Assembly: GCA_035084275.1 (NCBI GenBank)
Contig: CM068756.1
Location: forward strand, 7,626,001 to 7,690,000
Direction of reading: 5' to 3'
Length of the DNA stretch: 64,000 nt
Source: Hydrolagus colliei
Lineage: Eukaryota
The notes beneath the pieces are model-generated. The model had not been told where the DNA came from. It saw only the letters and a list, made by a program, of their open reading frames with translations, and did not search any database. The position numbers and the translations under genes are program-made. Positions 25,690 to 40,376 of this stretch are shown piece by piece. Position 1 is the first letter of the stretch. Every line of letters starts with the position of its first letter.

Positions 25690-25978
25690 GCTCTCCTCAC
25701 AGCAGTAACTGCAGCCTTCTCATTGTCCCCCAAATACTCTACTCCACCATCAGCAGTCATGCTTTCAGCCACTACGCCCCAAAACTTAAGAATTCCCATC
25801 CTTTGCCTTATCTTCTCCTTCCCCATCTTCAGGTTGCACTTGAAAACCTTTCTGTTCAAACAAATTTAGTCACCTTTCCCCTTCCTCTGGCTTAGCCTCA
25901 GGCTCTGGCATTGTTAAGCGCACTGAGATGCTGCCCGGCGGCGTGGAGAGCGCTATATAAATACAAGTTATTGTTGCA
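25690..25978 (+). mobile_element. L2 3' fragment
   Basis: FRLHLKTFLFKQ; tail gagagcgctatataaatacaagttattgttg. Confidence 0.8.
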
Positions 25979-28247
25979 GTAAAGTGAGATATTAGTGTAG
26001 AACCTTTACTAATTGGGAGAAGGAGAAAAAAATACTCGCCTTTAATCTTATCTGAGCATTTTCTAACAATCACCCAAATCCTCATTACTAAAGCTTCATC
26101 TCGTACTGGTGCTAATGTCCCTAATCAAAAAGCTTTAACTGCTTTCTCCCTGTAGACCCTTCTGTAACCATGTGAATGACTCTAGAAAAAAAATGTGGGC
26201 AGACACACACACACCAAATTGGGCTAGTTCTTTTATCCAAGCAACCACTAGAGTATACCCTTCGTTTTCCAGTTGCACTGAATGGGTTTCTTGGAATTGG
26301 TAGACCCAGGAGAACTAATCTAGTTTTGCTATCTGGACTATACAGTCTCCAGGAACAGAGTGCAGATTTGAAAGGAATGCGAACCCTCAGGGATCTGCCC
26401 AGGAAGTTTACGTCTTCTCATCAGAACTTCTGGACTAACAGAAAGTCCCAGAGGAAGCAAGGCAATGCTCCCTCATCTCCCCCATAGGAGCATTACATGC
26501 CTGACCACTATCCTTATACTGAACATGTTTAAAGTCAACTAGCTGTACAATAAGTTCTATTCAAGTCATAATGTTGTATTACTTTCAATCAGACATTCCT
26601 GGTGGCTCTGGATAAGCCCTCACAAATGTATCACCATCAGTCTTTCCAGATTTCAATTCCCACATCCCTCATCCACAATTCACAGATTGTCCAGGAGGGA
26701 GAGTCAAGTACCCCAGTAGTAACTCAATACATAAAATATTCACCTAAGAACAGATATCCCATTCATTACTTCTTAAAGAACCAAGCCTGTAGAATTGTGA
26801 GAACAAGTTAAAAATAACAGTACATCTGTGGAATATATTTTTTGTGCTCCAGGAGTAACCAGTGATAGCACTGGAAAGATTCAGTGTGGTTTGAAATGCA
26901 AGCATAAAAGGAGGTATATACAGCACAGTCACCACAGCTAGATTGAAAAAGCAAACTGGATAAAAAAATTACTTACTGTTTGTAAGATTATAGTCAGTTG
27001 AGAACTATCAGTATTTGGCAGAATATATTCATATTAGACAGAATAATTAAACATTTCTGGATAGTTATACTTCTTAAAGTACAGATATGGAGGTGTGAAA
27101 ACCAAAACAGTGCTGTTAATCAGCTAAACACCAACTGTCCAGCAGAATGAGCCAGCGTTTTACATCCAGTCAGCCTCTACACTTTGGCAGCCAGTCCAGC
27201 CAGGAAAAGGAAGTGGGCAGCACATGGAGCAACTGGTAGGAGCTCTGGTTTCTTTGTAAACAAACCTCTCCTCCATAATTATAATCATTACAAGGATTCA
27301 TTTAGTTGCAAAACTCAATCCTATGTGGTAAATACAATTGAAAGGAGCTCCAACCTTTCGTTTTCTGCAAAGTACATTTTATATGTGATGTGAAGTAACT
27401 TTTTTTTAAAATGTTGTTCCAATATTGTTCCTAAACCCAGCTAGTCCTGCCTATTTCTTGCTCTCCAAGCCAACTGGAGAGATAGGTTTGCTGTCACATC
27501 TAACACTTTACAATCCAACTACCCATCAAATCACCGGTGAAATGGATGCAGCTAGTCTGCTAGCCAACTGTACATTCAGTAATACAATAGAATGTGTTTT
27601 CATTCAAGTAATACTGTATTAGGCTTAATTTGTATTTTAATGTATTCCTTCAGAAGGACCCCACATAGTGCAAATACCTCCAATATCTGAACATATGTCA
27701 CACTGTCTACAGAAATTCTGTTTGAACACAATCAAATTTCAGAGTAGAGCGCCTGAAGATCAAAAGGAAGCAATGAGAGAATTCTGCTAAAAATTCCACA
27801 AATTAGATCATATTATTCAAAAAATTTGAATTCTTAGAAAATTAATTTTAGAAATGTAATGTAGTCAATCAGATTAATTGGAGAGAGTTTGGTTCCTTAA
27901 TTCTTTGAGAAATACTAAAAATTACATTTAATACAATGGGGAAAAATTTATCAATTGCAAAAAACCTAATAAAATAAAAACTGGAGACAAGAGCTTAAAA
28001 GAAAACAGGTTAGTTTGGAAACTCATCATTGTAAATATAGTCAAGCAAAATCCAAAATTGTAGCTCTATTATAAATCAATACATTAAGGCCGCATGGTGC
28101 AGCATTCTTATTGTGCTTCTGGCATTTATAAAAGATTTTCTAAACAAAGATTTTCCAAGCAAAGGACCATTATTGATATTTTGAACTATAAATTATTAGT
28201 TTTCTGATATTAAAGAATCTGAGATGACATGAATGACATAATGGTAC

Positions 28248-28307
28248 CTGCTTGTACAGTTGCTGAGTCCCAGGTCAAGTCAAATTCTGAAGATTCACTT
28301 TCTTCAA
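28248..28307 (-). CDS. ZNF423: ZNF423 coding exon 2 (VEESESSEFDLTWDSATVQA)
   Basis: 60-bp exon, acceptor ttttgtttcag|TT, donor CAG|GTACCA, phase 1-1; resembles mammalian [20 protein letters not shown]. Confidence 0.93.
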
Positions 28308-28710
28308 CTGAAACAAAATGCAAAGAGAGCTGGTTATATCATCATTCATACCCTCTGAATGTTTTAAGACCAAACAGATAAAGCATGAAATTCAATGTAC
28401 CATTTTTTGTTTGAATATGTGCACAGTTGCACCTTCAATATCAGATCATCCAAGGTGGAGGAAAATGTGACATTAATCAATAATTAATCAAGAAAACACA
28501 GTCAATAGGTTCTAATTAAACAAACATACTTTCAGTTATTGATAACTATGCAGTCCAAAAAAGTGTCAATAAGCATAAAATGATAATGCTATTTCTTCAG
28601 AGAATAATTCAAAGAAGCTGTCCTGTACCAAGAATATCAGACACAACATAATTCCGGTAGAGATGTTGATGGAATTTCGGATTTTAAAAGCAGTACACAC
28701 TTAGAGGAAT

Positions 28711-28960
28711 CTGTGACACAGAGGGTGGGGGGGGATGTGGAGAAGGTGGTGTGTGGTGGGTGACATGGAGTGGGGGGAATGTGGAGAAGGTGATGTGGTG
28801 GGTGACACTGAGGGGGGGTGGGATGTGGAGAAGGTGGAGTGGTGGGTGACACTGAGAGAGGTGGATGTGGAGAAGATGGTGTGGTGGGTGACATGGAGGG
28901 GGCGGGGGATGTGGAGAAGTTGTTGTGGTGGGTAACACCGAGGTGGGTGGATACGGAGAA
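28711..28960. repeat. G-rich minisatellite, about 42-bp unit, about 5-6 copies
   Basis: Recurrent gtgacac/atg-gaggggg...gatgtggagaaggtggtgtggtgg. Confidence 0.9.
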
Positions 28961-31900
28961 GCGACAATAAATTTATGTTATTTACCTTAATCCTAAGAGA
29001 GAAGCGACATTGTCGCTGGTTGATTGCGACATCGCAACTGGGTCCTAGCGCCAAACACAAGTGCAAAGCGACATCGTGGCTGGTTGATGCAACTGGGTCC
29101 TAGCGCCAAATGCTACTGTTAGTGTTAAAACCCGTGGATAAGCAAAACCCATTGCCGTGGTTAGCAAGGATTATCGCAGAGAGCCAAACATGGATAAGTG
29201 AAATTAGCAGTAGAAAAAAAACATGGTTGGGGCGGGGTACCTGCCCCAAATATACTCTGTTTTGGTTCCTGACCTTCAAGAAATAAGATTTGCTCTCCAC
29301 TCTTTTGGTCCCCTAATTCACATGGATAAGACAAGGAATCTGCTCTACGCCTCTCCAAATGTTACTATCCAATACTGTTAACAATTATTTAAGATTCATC
29401 AGGACGGATTCTACTGATTTAACTTCTTAGCAATGATGTTTCACCAGTTCACTATTCCTTGAACAAAGTTTAAGAATCTCGGTCTCAACTGGTATTTGAA
29501 GTTTGCTTCACCTATTCTTGATTGGACCACAAGATGGAGTGGCTTGCAGCAGCAAAATAACCTACTTCAAAAAATATTTAACATTATGAAACACTATACT
29601 ATGCCATTTTGGTCAAGAGAAGAAATGCTGATTACACCATACAAACAAAACATATTCCCTCCAGATTGAAGGAGAACAGTACACGCAACAGGGAAATAAA
29701 TCTTTGAAGTTGGAAGAAGATTCAAAAGTAAACTAAGCCACAAAATAGTTGAAACAGTATTAATATGCCCATCTCATAATTGAGAGATGCAGGTTGGCAG
29801 AAGTAAAGGCCTTGGGGAACCTGAAAGTGTTCTTGATAAGAAGATACTGTTGAACCTATCTATTTTGCTGAATAGAGATATTTTAGTTTTTTTTAGGCAG
29901 AAACCAAAATAAAGGATAAATACTTAGACAGGAAAAATGAACACATATGCGGGGTTTGGAGGAATGTCCATAAATGATCCAGGTTTAATTCCATAAATAG
30001 AAAAACTCTACAAGACTTAATTTCTTCATTAAAGCATTTTTGACACCGAGGATTGGGGAGGTACAAGTACCTTGAGGTTTGGGGAGCGTACAAAGAGAGC
30101 AAATGAAGCGGCAGAATCCATACTCCAGAATCTATACTAATCAAAGCATGTTTAGGTAGCAGTATTTGTATGATGGTTCCTCCAGATGTCACCCATAGAT
30201 CAACTATCATCCATTCCCTTTTAAACAAAAAGCCAGAATGTTGCAATGTTGCAGAATGGCCCAAATTTCAGCAATTTTCAGAATCCATTTCAAAATAATT
30301 CATAGAAGACACTGTAGACTAACATCAGACCAATCTTCGAATTCTAAAGTCTAATACCTGTCAATCTTCACTGAAGTAAAATAAATCAGAAAGCTTCCTC
30401 AATTGAAATACAACCAGACTGTCAGATCTGAATATACCACACAGCATTCTTCGGTGACTTGTGTTCATTCCTGCAGTGAATTCAATTCTTGAGAACTGTT
30501 TCCTATGCTTACAAATTCAAGTGCAGAAATAGGCAACACAAATAAACATAACTCCCGATTAGTGCTTGGAAATCAGACACTAGAGACATCTGCGACATAG
30601 ACAAATTAAGGAAGTAGTGGTCAACGAACATCCTAGCGGTCAAACACATATCCAAGGGGAAGGCAATGGTGGCATCCTAGAACCAAGTCCCAAATAGGAC
30701 CCAAATAAATATGCTGAAGAGAAATTAGAAGATAGAGATAGATACCCTCAACAGAAAATGAAATTCAATTATACCAGTTTATGCGAATCAGAATTATTTC
30801 TTTAACCCTTAATCTCCTTGCTGATTTACTTAACCACTAAATCACCAACCCAAATATGGATGTTTGGACAAATAGAAGTATGAGATAGCAGGATTTTGCT
30901 GTTCAAAGACGGTCATTTTCAGTCCGGATTCAGTAGAAAGGCACTGTGTAGCTGACACTGGTTATCAAATCAGTCTGCAAGAAGTGACATAGATTGTAAC
31001 AAGACAATCTCTTTTCTACATTTGATACCAGATACAAAAAGGCCTGAACTACAAAACTTCAGCACTTGCTGGTCACAAGAATGTCAGCTGCTCAAATTGA
31101 TTTAATGGCAATCTTTTCGTAATCAAAACAAATTACAATATAAAAAAGCTACAAATACCATCTTAAACAATAAATATGACTAAAGAAAAACACTGCAATC
31201 TGCTTAAAACATAGTATCTGATCGGATAGCATTTAGTTCCAATTACCTGATTGAATAGCAAAAATTAGTTTTTTTTTAAAAAACTGTCCTCAGAATTTTC
31301 TGAGACCATGTAATAAAACTGCAATACTTATTCTAACCCAAATATGAGACACAAAAAACATAAACATCTACAATTAAAAATATTCCCATGTCAGAATGAA
31401 AAATTCCGAGTTGCTAAAGCAGGAGTTCACACTCAAGAATAAAGCAGTTCATGAACTATAAAATACAATGGGTGGATCAAAACAGGATTCTGATCTGCCA
31501 AATGTTTCAGCCCTTTGGAGATTCATATTTTTCTGTTCTGCACTGGATATGGCCCAATGCCATGTGAACTAGGTCTTGTGAACAGCTGCTGGACAGAGTA
31601 AACTAATGACTAATTTCAATGAGTAATTTTTGTGTTGGGGTGGGGAGTGGGGGAAGGGACAGAGAAGATAGAAATACCAATATTCAGTTAAAATGTACTC
31701 AGATCACCTTCAAATTGTGCTAACAAAATAAATGATTATTTATAGAACTTACCTTCGTAAAATGTTCATTTATAGTAAACAGGGTGGAAATTAAGATTAG
31801 AAATGTTGAACGTTTGCTATTTTACATATATAGCATATTTATAATGAATATCTTGCTTCAGATTGTTGGCCTGGACAAAAGAATTCACTCAGGATGTTGG

Positions 31901-32299
31901 GCAGTAATTCAGCCAGAGATTCAAGCAAAACTGGTGTATCAAAAACTTTTAAATTCAAGTTTGTTTCAATTGCATTTCATAAACTGTCAGTGGAAAACAT
32001 AAAGCTGAAGGTTTCTGTCACTTCCTGATCAAATTCCTGTGCGTCACACCAAAGGCTAGGCTGTGGTCTGTAACACAGGTGCTTAAACTGCGATAGCAAA
32101 GTACAAGCTACTTTGACCGCACATGATTTTGATCGGAATTTCATCATACTTTTTTTTCTTGTAATTCTACACAAGTAGATGCATTATAATTCAAAAAAAT
32201 GCAATGTGGGGAATGTTTCTGAAATGACAAAATAAAAATTGAGAAACAATACTCTTGGAAACTATGAGACAATCAAAGAATATTAAGATTATCTACAAT

Positions 32300-32730
32300 T
32301 TGTATTCCTCCTTGGTCTTTTAAAAGGGGTTCAATCTTCATGTACACATCAGCCTTCGCTGTAGTACTTGAGGACACTGATCTTGGGGAAAACAATGTAC
32401 TTTAACATCAGTCTAAGTGAAACTCTTCCCTTTCCCAAAAGAAATCCTTTGAGTAGGAGAATAAAGTCTCAAGTTTCTCTAGTTTAGACGGATGTTTTTT
32501 ATGACACGTCTCTAAAATCTCCGAAGCCATACGTCTTCAATTGTATCTTTGGTCAACATCTTTAAATCTCTTATTGCCCTGTCAAATGTCTACCCAACAC
32601 TTGTTCCTTTATAGCAAATTGTTGAGCATTTCCACTACAGTGCGCCACTTAAAAAGACAACCAAAGAATAGGTCACTATTTCCTTCTAGGATTGTTATCC
32701 AATCCGTCAAGAACACTGGGTCCCTTGAGT
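32300..32730 (+). mobile_element. Highly decayed L2/CR1 RT remnant
   Basis: HVSKISEAIRLQL...IQSVKNT loosely resembles the L2 HI..I...FHLRNI...LQ.VQN region. Confidence 0.35.
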
Positions 32731-33289
32731 AAATTCTGCTGATAAAGGGGGACATGATGGTCTCTAGCTTATAGAGACCCTGCAGGGTCTCTATAAGCTA
32801 GGGTCTCTAGCTTATAGAGACCCTGCAGTTTTTTTTTATCAATTAAACCAACTTTTTCAGTCAGTTCCAAAACAATTCTTAGCCTCTGCTAATACCATTT
32901 TACAGTGCAAATTTTCCAGGTCGTTGATTACAAGAAATAAAAGCTTAATCAGCTTTTTCTAACAACCTGAAATAAATTGAGATAGTTAGCCACACAAAAA
33001 AAAGTGCATTGTGGTTTGTTTATTGAAAATATTCGATGGTGAATCATTGCAGCACATTAAGTCATTTGACCAATGCTATCTAATGCTAACTTGAACCAGG
33101 TTCTCAGGAAAATTAAAATTTTATGTGGTATTTCTGTAATTCAATCAGGGCCACTCATTTCACCCTGTGTCCCTTTTGTGAATTTGCAGGCCACTTTTAC
33201 AGCACACTTCTTCCTGTTTGCAAAATGTTTATTTTCTGGAACCCCTTCCCAATATCCTACTCTTATTCCAAGATGGAGCGCTGACTGCA

Positions 33290-33716
33290 ATCATTCTAAT
33301 TATTTTTGCATTTGATATGGCACCTACGGCATCTAAATAGTTCTCACTACTTCACAGGTAATTGCTGTCAGGTGTAGTATCTATTCGCAGGTCGACGTGA
33401 CAGCCAATTCATGCATAGGAATGTTTTACAAACAGCCAGTCTTCAAGTGAACTCAATTTATCTGGAACAGGACACTGGGAGAAAATCCTTTCTTTTCAAA
33501 AGTGACGCTAGATCTTTAACATTTACCTGATTAGGCAGAGGATTTAATGTCTCACTCAAAAGATGGCTCCTCTGTCAATGCACTGTTCACCCAGCATGAA
33601 ATATGTCAGCGTAGATTATCAGATCAAAGTCCTCACGTGGGGCTTGAACCCACCTCTTTCTGATCTATATCCAATGCCAATCTACATCCAATGCCAATGT
33701 CAACAGAGCCAAGCTA
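33290..33716 (-). mobile_element. DeuSINE-like SINE
   Basis: Reverse-strand tRNA-like head (ggggcttgaaccc), Deu-like middle (agatctttaacatttacctga) and L2-like tail. Confidence 0.65.
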
Positions 33717-36700
33717 ATATCTTAGAATAGCTGCTTGGGAAGAATACCCACATATCAAGTAACATTGAGGTCATCCTGATTTTTCAGTGTTTGACCACTA
33801 ATCTGGTCAAGATCCCATAGGATGTCTGTGGCTTGATCAAACAGTCAAGGATAAGTTTTCATGTGTTGAAAGTGTGTGTGTGGTTGAGGACATATACCAA
33901 AGGAATCTTTCAAAGGAGTGAAGAGTACATTACTTGCTGAATCTGAATTTTCACTTGCAAAACTTTTGTTGCAGCGAAGCTTCAGTGCCCAGGTCTATTT
34001 CGTGCTGCGTCATTTTTATTTAGCCTTGATCAAGTACAGAGTCAATGCCAAGGCAGGCAACACAAAAGACTATCTGAGGAGGCAAATTGCCTGAGTGCCA
34101 GTGAAAGGCTCAAGTTGCTCTGGTCACCAGCACCAACGGTGACAACCCCATTTCTTATACCCATGAAAACCATTGCGGAGCACAGTTTTATCATTTCATC
34201 CAAAAGGAAAGGAGGGGTGGGGTTTTGCTGAGCAAGGAGAAAATGCTCAGTGTGAGGAAGAAATCGAGTACCAGAGGGAGGGGAAAAAGTGGCAGAAGTG
34301 AACAGATGAAAAGTAGAAATGCAAGGAATTAAGAAATATTCTGGCATTTTGAATAACAGATAGATAAACAAGCATTATATTGGAATCACAAGCTCATAAC
34401 TGAATATTGCAGCTGAAGTTTAATTTATGTTCTGAAACAATTACATAGGATCATTGATTTACAAATTACATATTGCACTTGAAAGGACACTTCTTTCTTT
34501 CATAATGTTGTTGGTGACTGAAACCTTGCGTCTTTCCTGCTGAGTAACATGAATAATAAAATAGACAGGAGTTGCCACCCAATAGTCACTGTGAGAAGAT
34601 TGACAGTAAAAAAAAGCTAAGTAAGAAAGGGACAAAATATGAGAATGAAATAAGAAAAACAAAAAAGAAACAGGAACATTTTCAAAACCTGACCATCAAA
34701 TTGGATGAAGTCAGCTTTGAAAATTATTAATTGTACTTAGACACAAATCTGAAATCTCAGTGTATGATTAGTCCAATGCTTTATTTTCTGGCCTTAACAA
34801 TGCACATTAATAAAACAGTAATTTTGTTTTTAATCAGCACAGAAGCACTCTTAATGTAGCCCAGGGAGTACTTGCAACCCACCTCCCTTTCTTTACCTGT
34901 GGTTCACGTTCCTCCATGCTTTCATTCATACCCTTCACTACTATAGGATTTTGAGGTCAAATTCAATGCCATTTCCTCATTTTAAGGTCTCATTAACAGG
35001 AAATACTCTTCAGTGGAGCACAAGTGATGAAGCTATCACAATATCAAGAGAATAAGTGAAAGAGGTATTAACCAATAGTTTGCAGAAAGCTATTGATCCT
35101 ACAGTCACTGTCCTCTTCTTATAAAGAAGGGCCTTCCTCTATTTGGCAACCAGCCAGTCGCATCATTGGAATCAGGAGCTCATCACGAGGGGAATCTTAA
35201 GAGACACAGACTTATTATCCCTTTACCCCATTATGTAGTTAGTGAAAGTGGCACTGAAATAAAACAGTTTGTGAGAGTGGTGCTCAAATGCTTTACTGCA
35301 TCTCAAAGGAACCAATTTCATATCAGATGGTATACAATAAACAAGAGCGACCCATTAAAAAGCAACTGAGGTTACTAACTCTGCAGTCAGGTTTCGCCAA
35401 ATGGACTAGTTGTGAGCTAAAGATACTGGATCTTTTCAAAATTAGCAAGTTAACATGATGAAAATGGGTGATGGTACGTTGGCAAAGGTAATAATTTGCC
35501 TAAGTACTAACTCCCATTTTCATCATACATGGTAATTACCATTGACATGTAAAATAGAGATAACATATTTGATTTTTTGATTTTTTTTCAAATATCAACT
35601 TTTCCATAATCATTGAATGGTGTATTTGACAGAAGATGCTTACTTATAAGAGTAATACATCTGTCATTGAAAATATCAGTTTCTCGTACTACATTCACAT
35701 TGATACAAGTAACACCAACACAAGTAGAACAGTGTCCTATAATGGATTTTGGAAGTTCTGGTTTGAAAGGAAGACATTTATTCTGGAGTGCAATCATTTA
35801 ATTGTCCAAGCTATTTCCAAACTATTGTTTTACTGAAGATCGCTATGAAAGGTTTATGAAAACGTGAAAGAAGTGCAAAATCTTCAATAGGTGAAGCCTT
35901 CCAAAACCCAGTTAGGAGTTGTACTTAAACCCAAAACCCATCCTGGAATAGTATACCAGGATTGAAAATGTAATATTCAGTAGCTTTATTTACAAATAGC
36001 AACTCCTACAGTTAGCCAGATGTGTATCATACTAATCCGTGAGAATTCAAATTTGAAGTAATCTACTTTTGGAACAGAGTTCCAGTGAATCAGTCTTATG
36101 CACTTCCAGTTACCAGTATGCATCTCTATTTGCAAAAAGAGGTATAGAATATCACATTTTCACCCACACAGTCATACCTTCATTATAGCAAGGAGGGATG
36201 AGTGAACCAGCCTTGGTTTAAAATTGTCATATCAGTTCAACACAAACTGACTTCAGTCCATCACAAACTTGAACCTAAATCCTAACTATAACAATTAGAA
36301 AGTAATATTGAAGAAATAACTTGGCTTGGACAATATTTTTTGGCAAATTAGGTTTGGATTTCTATAAAAACAGAATTCGGTCACTTTTCAGTAAATCCGA
36401 AATCAGGCAAGTTCTAGATTATCAGCCTGGTACCACACTCACCCCCAACGCCAAGCAAGCTAGACTAGCCATAAGCCTACACAGCAAGTTTACAAGCTCG
36501 CCTTACCTGCTTGTAGCATGGTTCAGGTCAGATTTAGCTACAGTATGGAGTCACCCCTGTGAAGGCTGTTGGTTGTACCCTGAAACGACTACATGTGTGA
36601 ACACAGTATTAGGAACCCATATTCAGGGTAGTTCTTCCACCACAATATGAACAAGGATAATATGTGCACCATATAATGAAACATTCCGATTCATCAAAAT

Positions 36701-38199
36701 TACCCAAACTGTTATAGTACACATAGTACTATATGAGATATGTATATGAGATCTAATAGTAAGTTATGATTTCACCCAATTTTAGGTTAAATTTAGAATT
36801 ATTCTGGAAATGTGGCATCCACTGAAACTGGATTCAATGACAATTACTGTGTAATTATTTTAAATAACAGATGCTCAAACCATTTTAAAACTGCTAACAT
36901 CATGTCAAAGATTTTACTTGAAAATGCATTTTTAGATGTAAAGCAAATCTATGGTGGTAGATTTGCACTTCCGTTGTATTTCATAATCTTCAACAATAGA
37001 CATCACTGAAATTAACGGGAACTTGACTTTATCATAGCAGATTTGGTTGAACAAAAGATTGTGCAAGTTTTAATTCACAATAACCAAACTTATAAAACTG
37101 AATGATCTAGGCTATTGCGTTTTTGTCCACTCTTTAACCCCATTCTGAGAAGAAATAAAAAGGATCCGCTTGCTCACATCTTCAAAAAAAATTTCCAGAG
37201 AGGGATCATCTGTATCAACTTTCACTATCTATTATCATAGCCAGATTTACAGACTACAAAATAATTTAGAATCTTCAAATTCTTTCCAGACTGCACTATC
37301 CCAGTTCTTTAGGATTATTATATCTATATTGCTTTCAATTGCTTGTCCTTACACATGGTGGAAGCTTGTATACAATTAATAGCTTGTGACGAGGTCAAGC
37401 CACAAGAGCAAAACTAACTTCTGCAATCAGGGTGCCTGAGAAGTTACAGCTTGCAACAAGCATCTTTAATTCATTTTCTTTATCTGTCCTGTCTGAGTCC
37501 ATATTTTGCTTAACAATCAGTTTTTCCATTATCACCATAAAAGGCAAAGCTAAAATGTTAAGAGACAATATATATTTTTCTACCAACACAGAAAATTAAA
37601 TAGGATGTGTTAACCAGAATATTCATTATTCTACCTGCACTACACAGGATTCTGAAATTTCAGTAAAGTTCAGAGAGGAGCTAATACAACAAATCCAATA
37701 TGATTTTTCAGGATCCTCAGTACTTTACAACAATGTTTAAATGAGATGAAGTTTTGTACCATGTAAAAAAGTATTTGTATTCACATAGTATTTACCTTGC
37801 TCATTTTAATCAACTTTCCCCTCAGTGCCATGCAGTGTAGACTAGGCACAGTGAAATCAATAGGACTCTATGGTAATGGAAAGTGTTTTCCCTCAGGAAG
37901 CCATTCTCAGTCACATTGTGCAATTGAGACTGGCCTCTGGAGGGAAATATTTTCCATTTCAAATTTACCTGCAATATTATGTTTTTTCATTTCCCTATAA
38001 TTAAGACAAAAATAAGAAATTTAGCTTTTTCTGAATTCTGAGAAATAATTCTAAAATGCTTAATGGGAAACTATAAAATATTGGAGTGTCAAATTCTAAG
38101 GATTCTCATTTCTTTCCCCAGCTTTTCCAATACCTTTAGCATTGATTTGCCCTAAAGTCTGGATTAGGTTCAAATCTCCAATTGTTGAAACTCTGATGT

Positions 38200-38650
38200 G
38201 TGGTCAGTCCATACTTAGAAATGTCATGTGGAAATCTGGTTGCCACAACATAAACTTTCACTTGATAAACCTTTTTAAACATACCACCCATAGACCTCCA
38301 TTTATGATTCTCATAACACAAGCATATCATGATTACCAAAAATTGCAAGACCAAAGAAAGATGGTAACCACAATTGTTTTCGTAGTGTAAATGTATGACT
38401 ACATGGATGAGCAGCAGGTAATTACCAGCAGACATAGTCACCAATGTCCAAGAGAATGTGAACAATTTTTCATTAAAATTTTCAATATGTATGTTAGTTT
38501 GGAGTCTCGGTATGTACCACTATACCAAAACAGACTGCTGAAAAAACATTCTCCTTCTATGACTAAGCTCATAGGCTGTATGCTTTGTGTCAAGATTCCT
38601 AAGGTATTTAAAGGGGTTTTAAAAAAAATCTACAATCATTGCACTCTTAA
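38200..38650 (+). mobile_element. Possible decayed LINE RT remnant
   Basis: GNYQ...SK, YQNRLLKKHS and VKIPKVFKGV occur in the order of the RT motifs NYRPIS, QSGFR..HS and DLSKAFD; very degenerate. Confidence 0.3.
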
Positions 38651-40165
38651 CACATACCTGTGTTCCTGCAGGAAAAAGTATATTTATAAACCATAACTTC
38701 TTGCAGTGAGAAGTTGGAATCTAGCTTCTTAATCTACTTATCTAATAACAATGATATTGAGCATTCAGGCTTCTATAGTGGAATTATTGTGTTTAGCAGG
38801 GAAGGCATTTTGGAGCCGCCAATTTGTGGTAATAAACGTAGACATTCTACAAGAACACAATCCCAATATCTTCAGCACTTGCCCATCCCCACCCCCCACC
38901 ACCACCCATTGCTGTACCATCAATTGAATGCTCCAGAACAACTTACTACAGTGGCAAATTACCTGATTGTGATTTAAGCTGTTGTCTCCATAAACATTTA
39001 CACATTGGTATACCACTGCAAATTAGATCCACAACAGACATTCATATACACTATATATAATCAGGTTAGATATTTGTAAAATATCCGTTAGTAAGGCATG
39101 TACACAAGGCATGTACAATACCATAAACGCACATTCTATATTATTTAAATGACTTGAAGGATTTCAAATGTAAAAAAAAGCCTTTCAAAGAAAGCAGTAG
39201 GTTAGTAAACTTTAAATTCAATATTTAATATAGTACATAAAATAGTAGTTATAATCATTGAATGATGAATGGGTTGTAACCTTAGAATGTTCAGATCTTT
39301 AGAAACAACTCGAGCTTTGTTCAGGGTTCTATAATACAAAACCTCTAATTAGTTTCATAAACATAATAGAGGAGTATTATTTCCTCGTAATACACTAATT
39401 AATTCTAGTGAACCAGTGCACTCAGGCAGCCGCCCTTTCAAAACCGATAGAGTATCATGTCTAAAGATGTATGGTCCAGGAAGGAGGGGATGGGAAGGGA
39501 GACAGGTGGTAAGCTTCATCTCCCCGGGATTCAACTGGCCAGGCAGATCTATAATAATCCACAAGCACTGTTGATGATCAAACAATTTAATAATGAAACT
39601 TGAAAGTGGACATTTCCTTCAAATCAAAACCCTTCTCTCCAGCTAAGAGTGCAATTCTAGCTTTTCTAGTACAATTGCAATTCTAGTACAGTTTTCATTT
39701 GTTTCAAGTTACAGGTGGCCCACAGCAACTGAAAAAAACTCAAAAGTTTTATCAAGAAATGGAAATAAAATAATTTTTAAAAAGTCGTGTAATTCAGGGA
39801 ACTGTAAACCACTCATGCTTTGATGTTAATCATTTGTATTGTACACTTAACCACTCAGTAAGATTTATGAAATTATTTCTACCCAATTTTCTCAAGTTTG
39901 CATATACAAAACTTAACTGCATTTGTGGCAGTCAATTGGAGATCATCAATTGATAAATCACAGTGATTAAATTGCAGTCCTTAATCTTTGGTAAGGACAT
40001 CATCATACATCAGCTTTGTAGATCTGCCTGGACTATTCCTTCAGAAAGGCAAAGAGAGGGGAAAGGGCAAACAGCAGCAAAACTATTCATACCTGGAGGA
40101 AATAATATGTTTGTATATATATATGTATGTATATATATAGATATATATATATGTGTGTACACACA

Positions 40166-40376
40166 CAGTAAAAGCCTGTTTATCCGGCACCCGATCAACC
40201 GTAACTTCCGTATAACCGGCACCTCAAAAAAGGTCCGCATTAGATTAACTGGAATTTATCCGGATTTTTTTTTTTTTTTTCCTATTTTGTTTGTGTATTT
40301 TCGACCGAATATCTGGCACGCGCTTTAACCGGCATTGGCCAGATCCCGAGGGTGCCGGATAAATGGGCTTTTATTG
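40166..40376. mobile_element. Tigger/pogo-like MITE within a TA/CA microsatellite
   Basis: TIRs CAGTAAAAGCCTGTTTATCCGGCACC / GGTGCCGGATAAATGGGCTTTTATTG; same family as 56737-57404. Confidence 0.88.

Noticed and set aside
28711-29110. Repeat-spacer-like array suggesting CRISPR
   Set aside because: Degenerate G-rich minisatellite without unique spacers or cas genes, in a vertebrate intron
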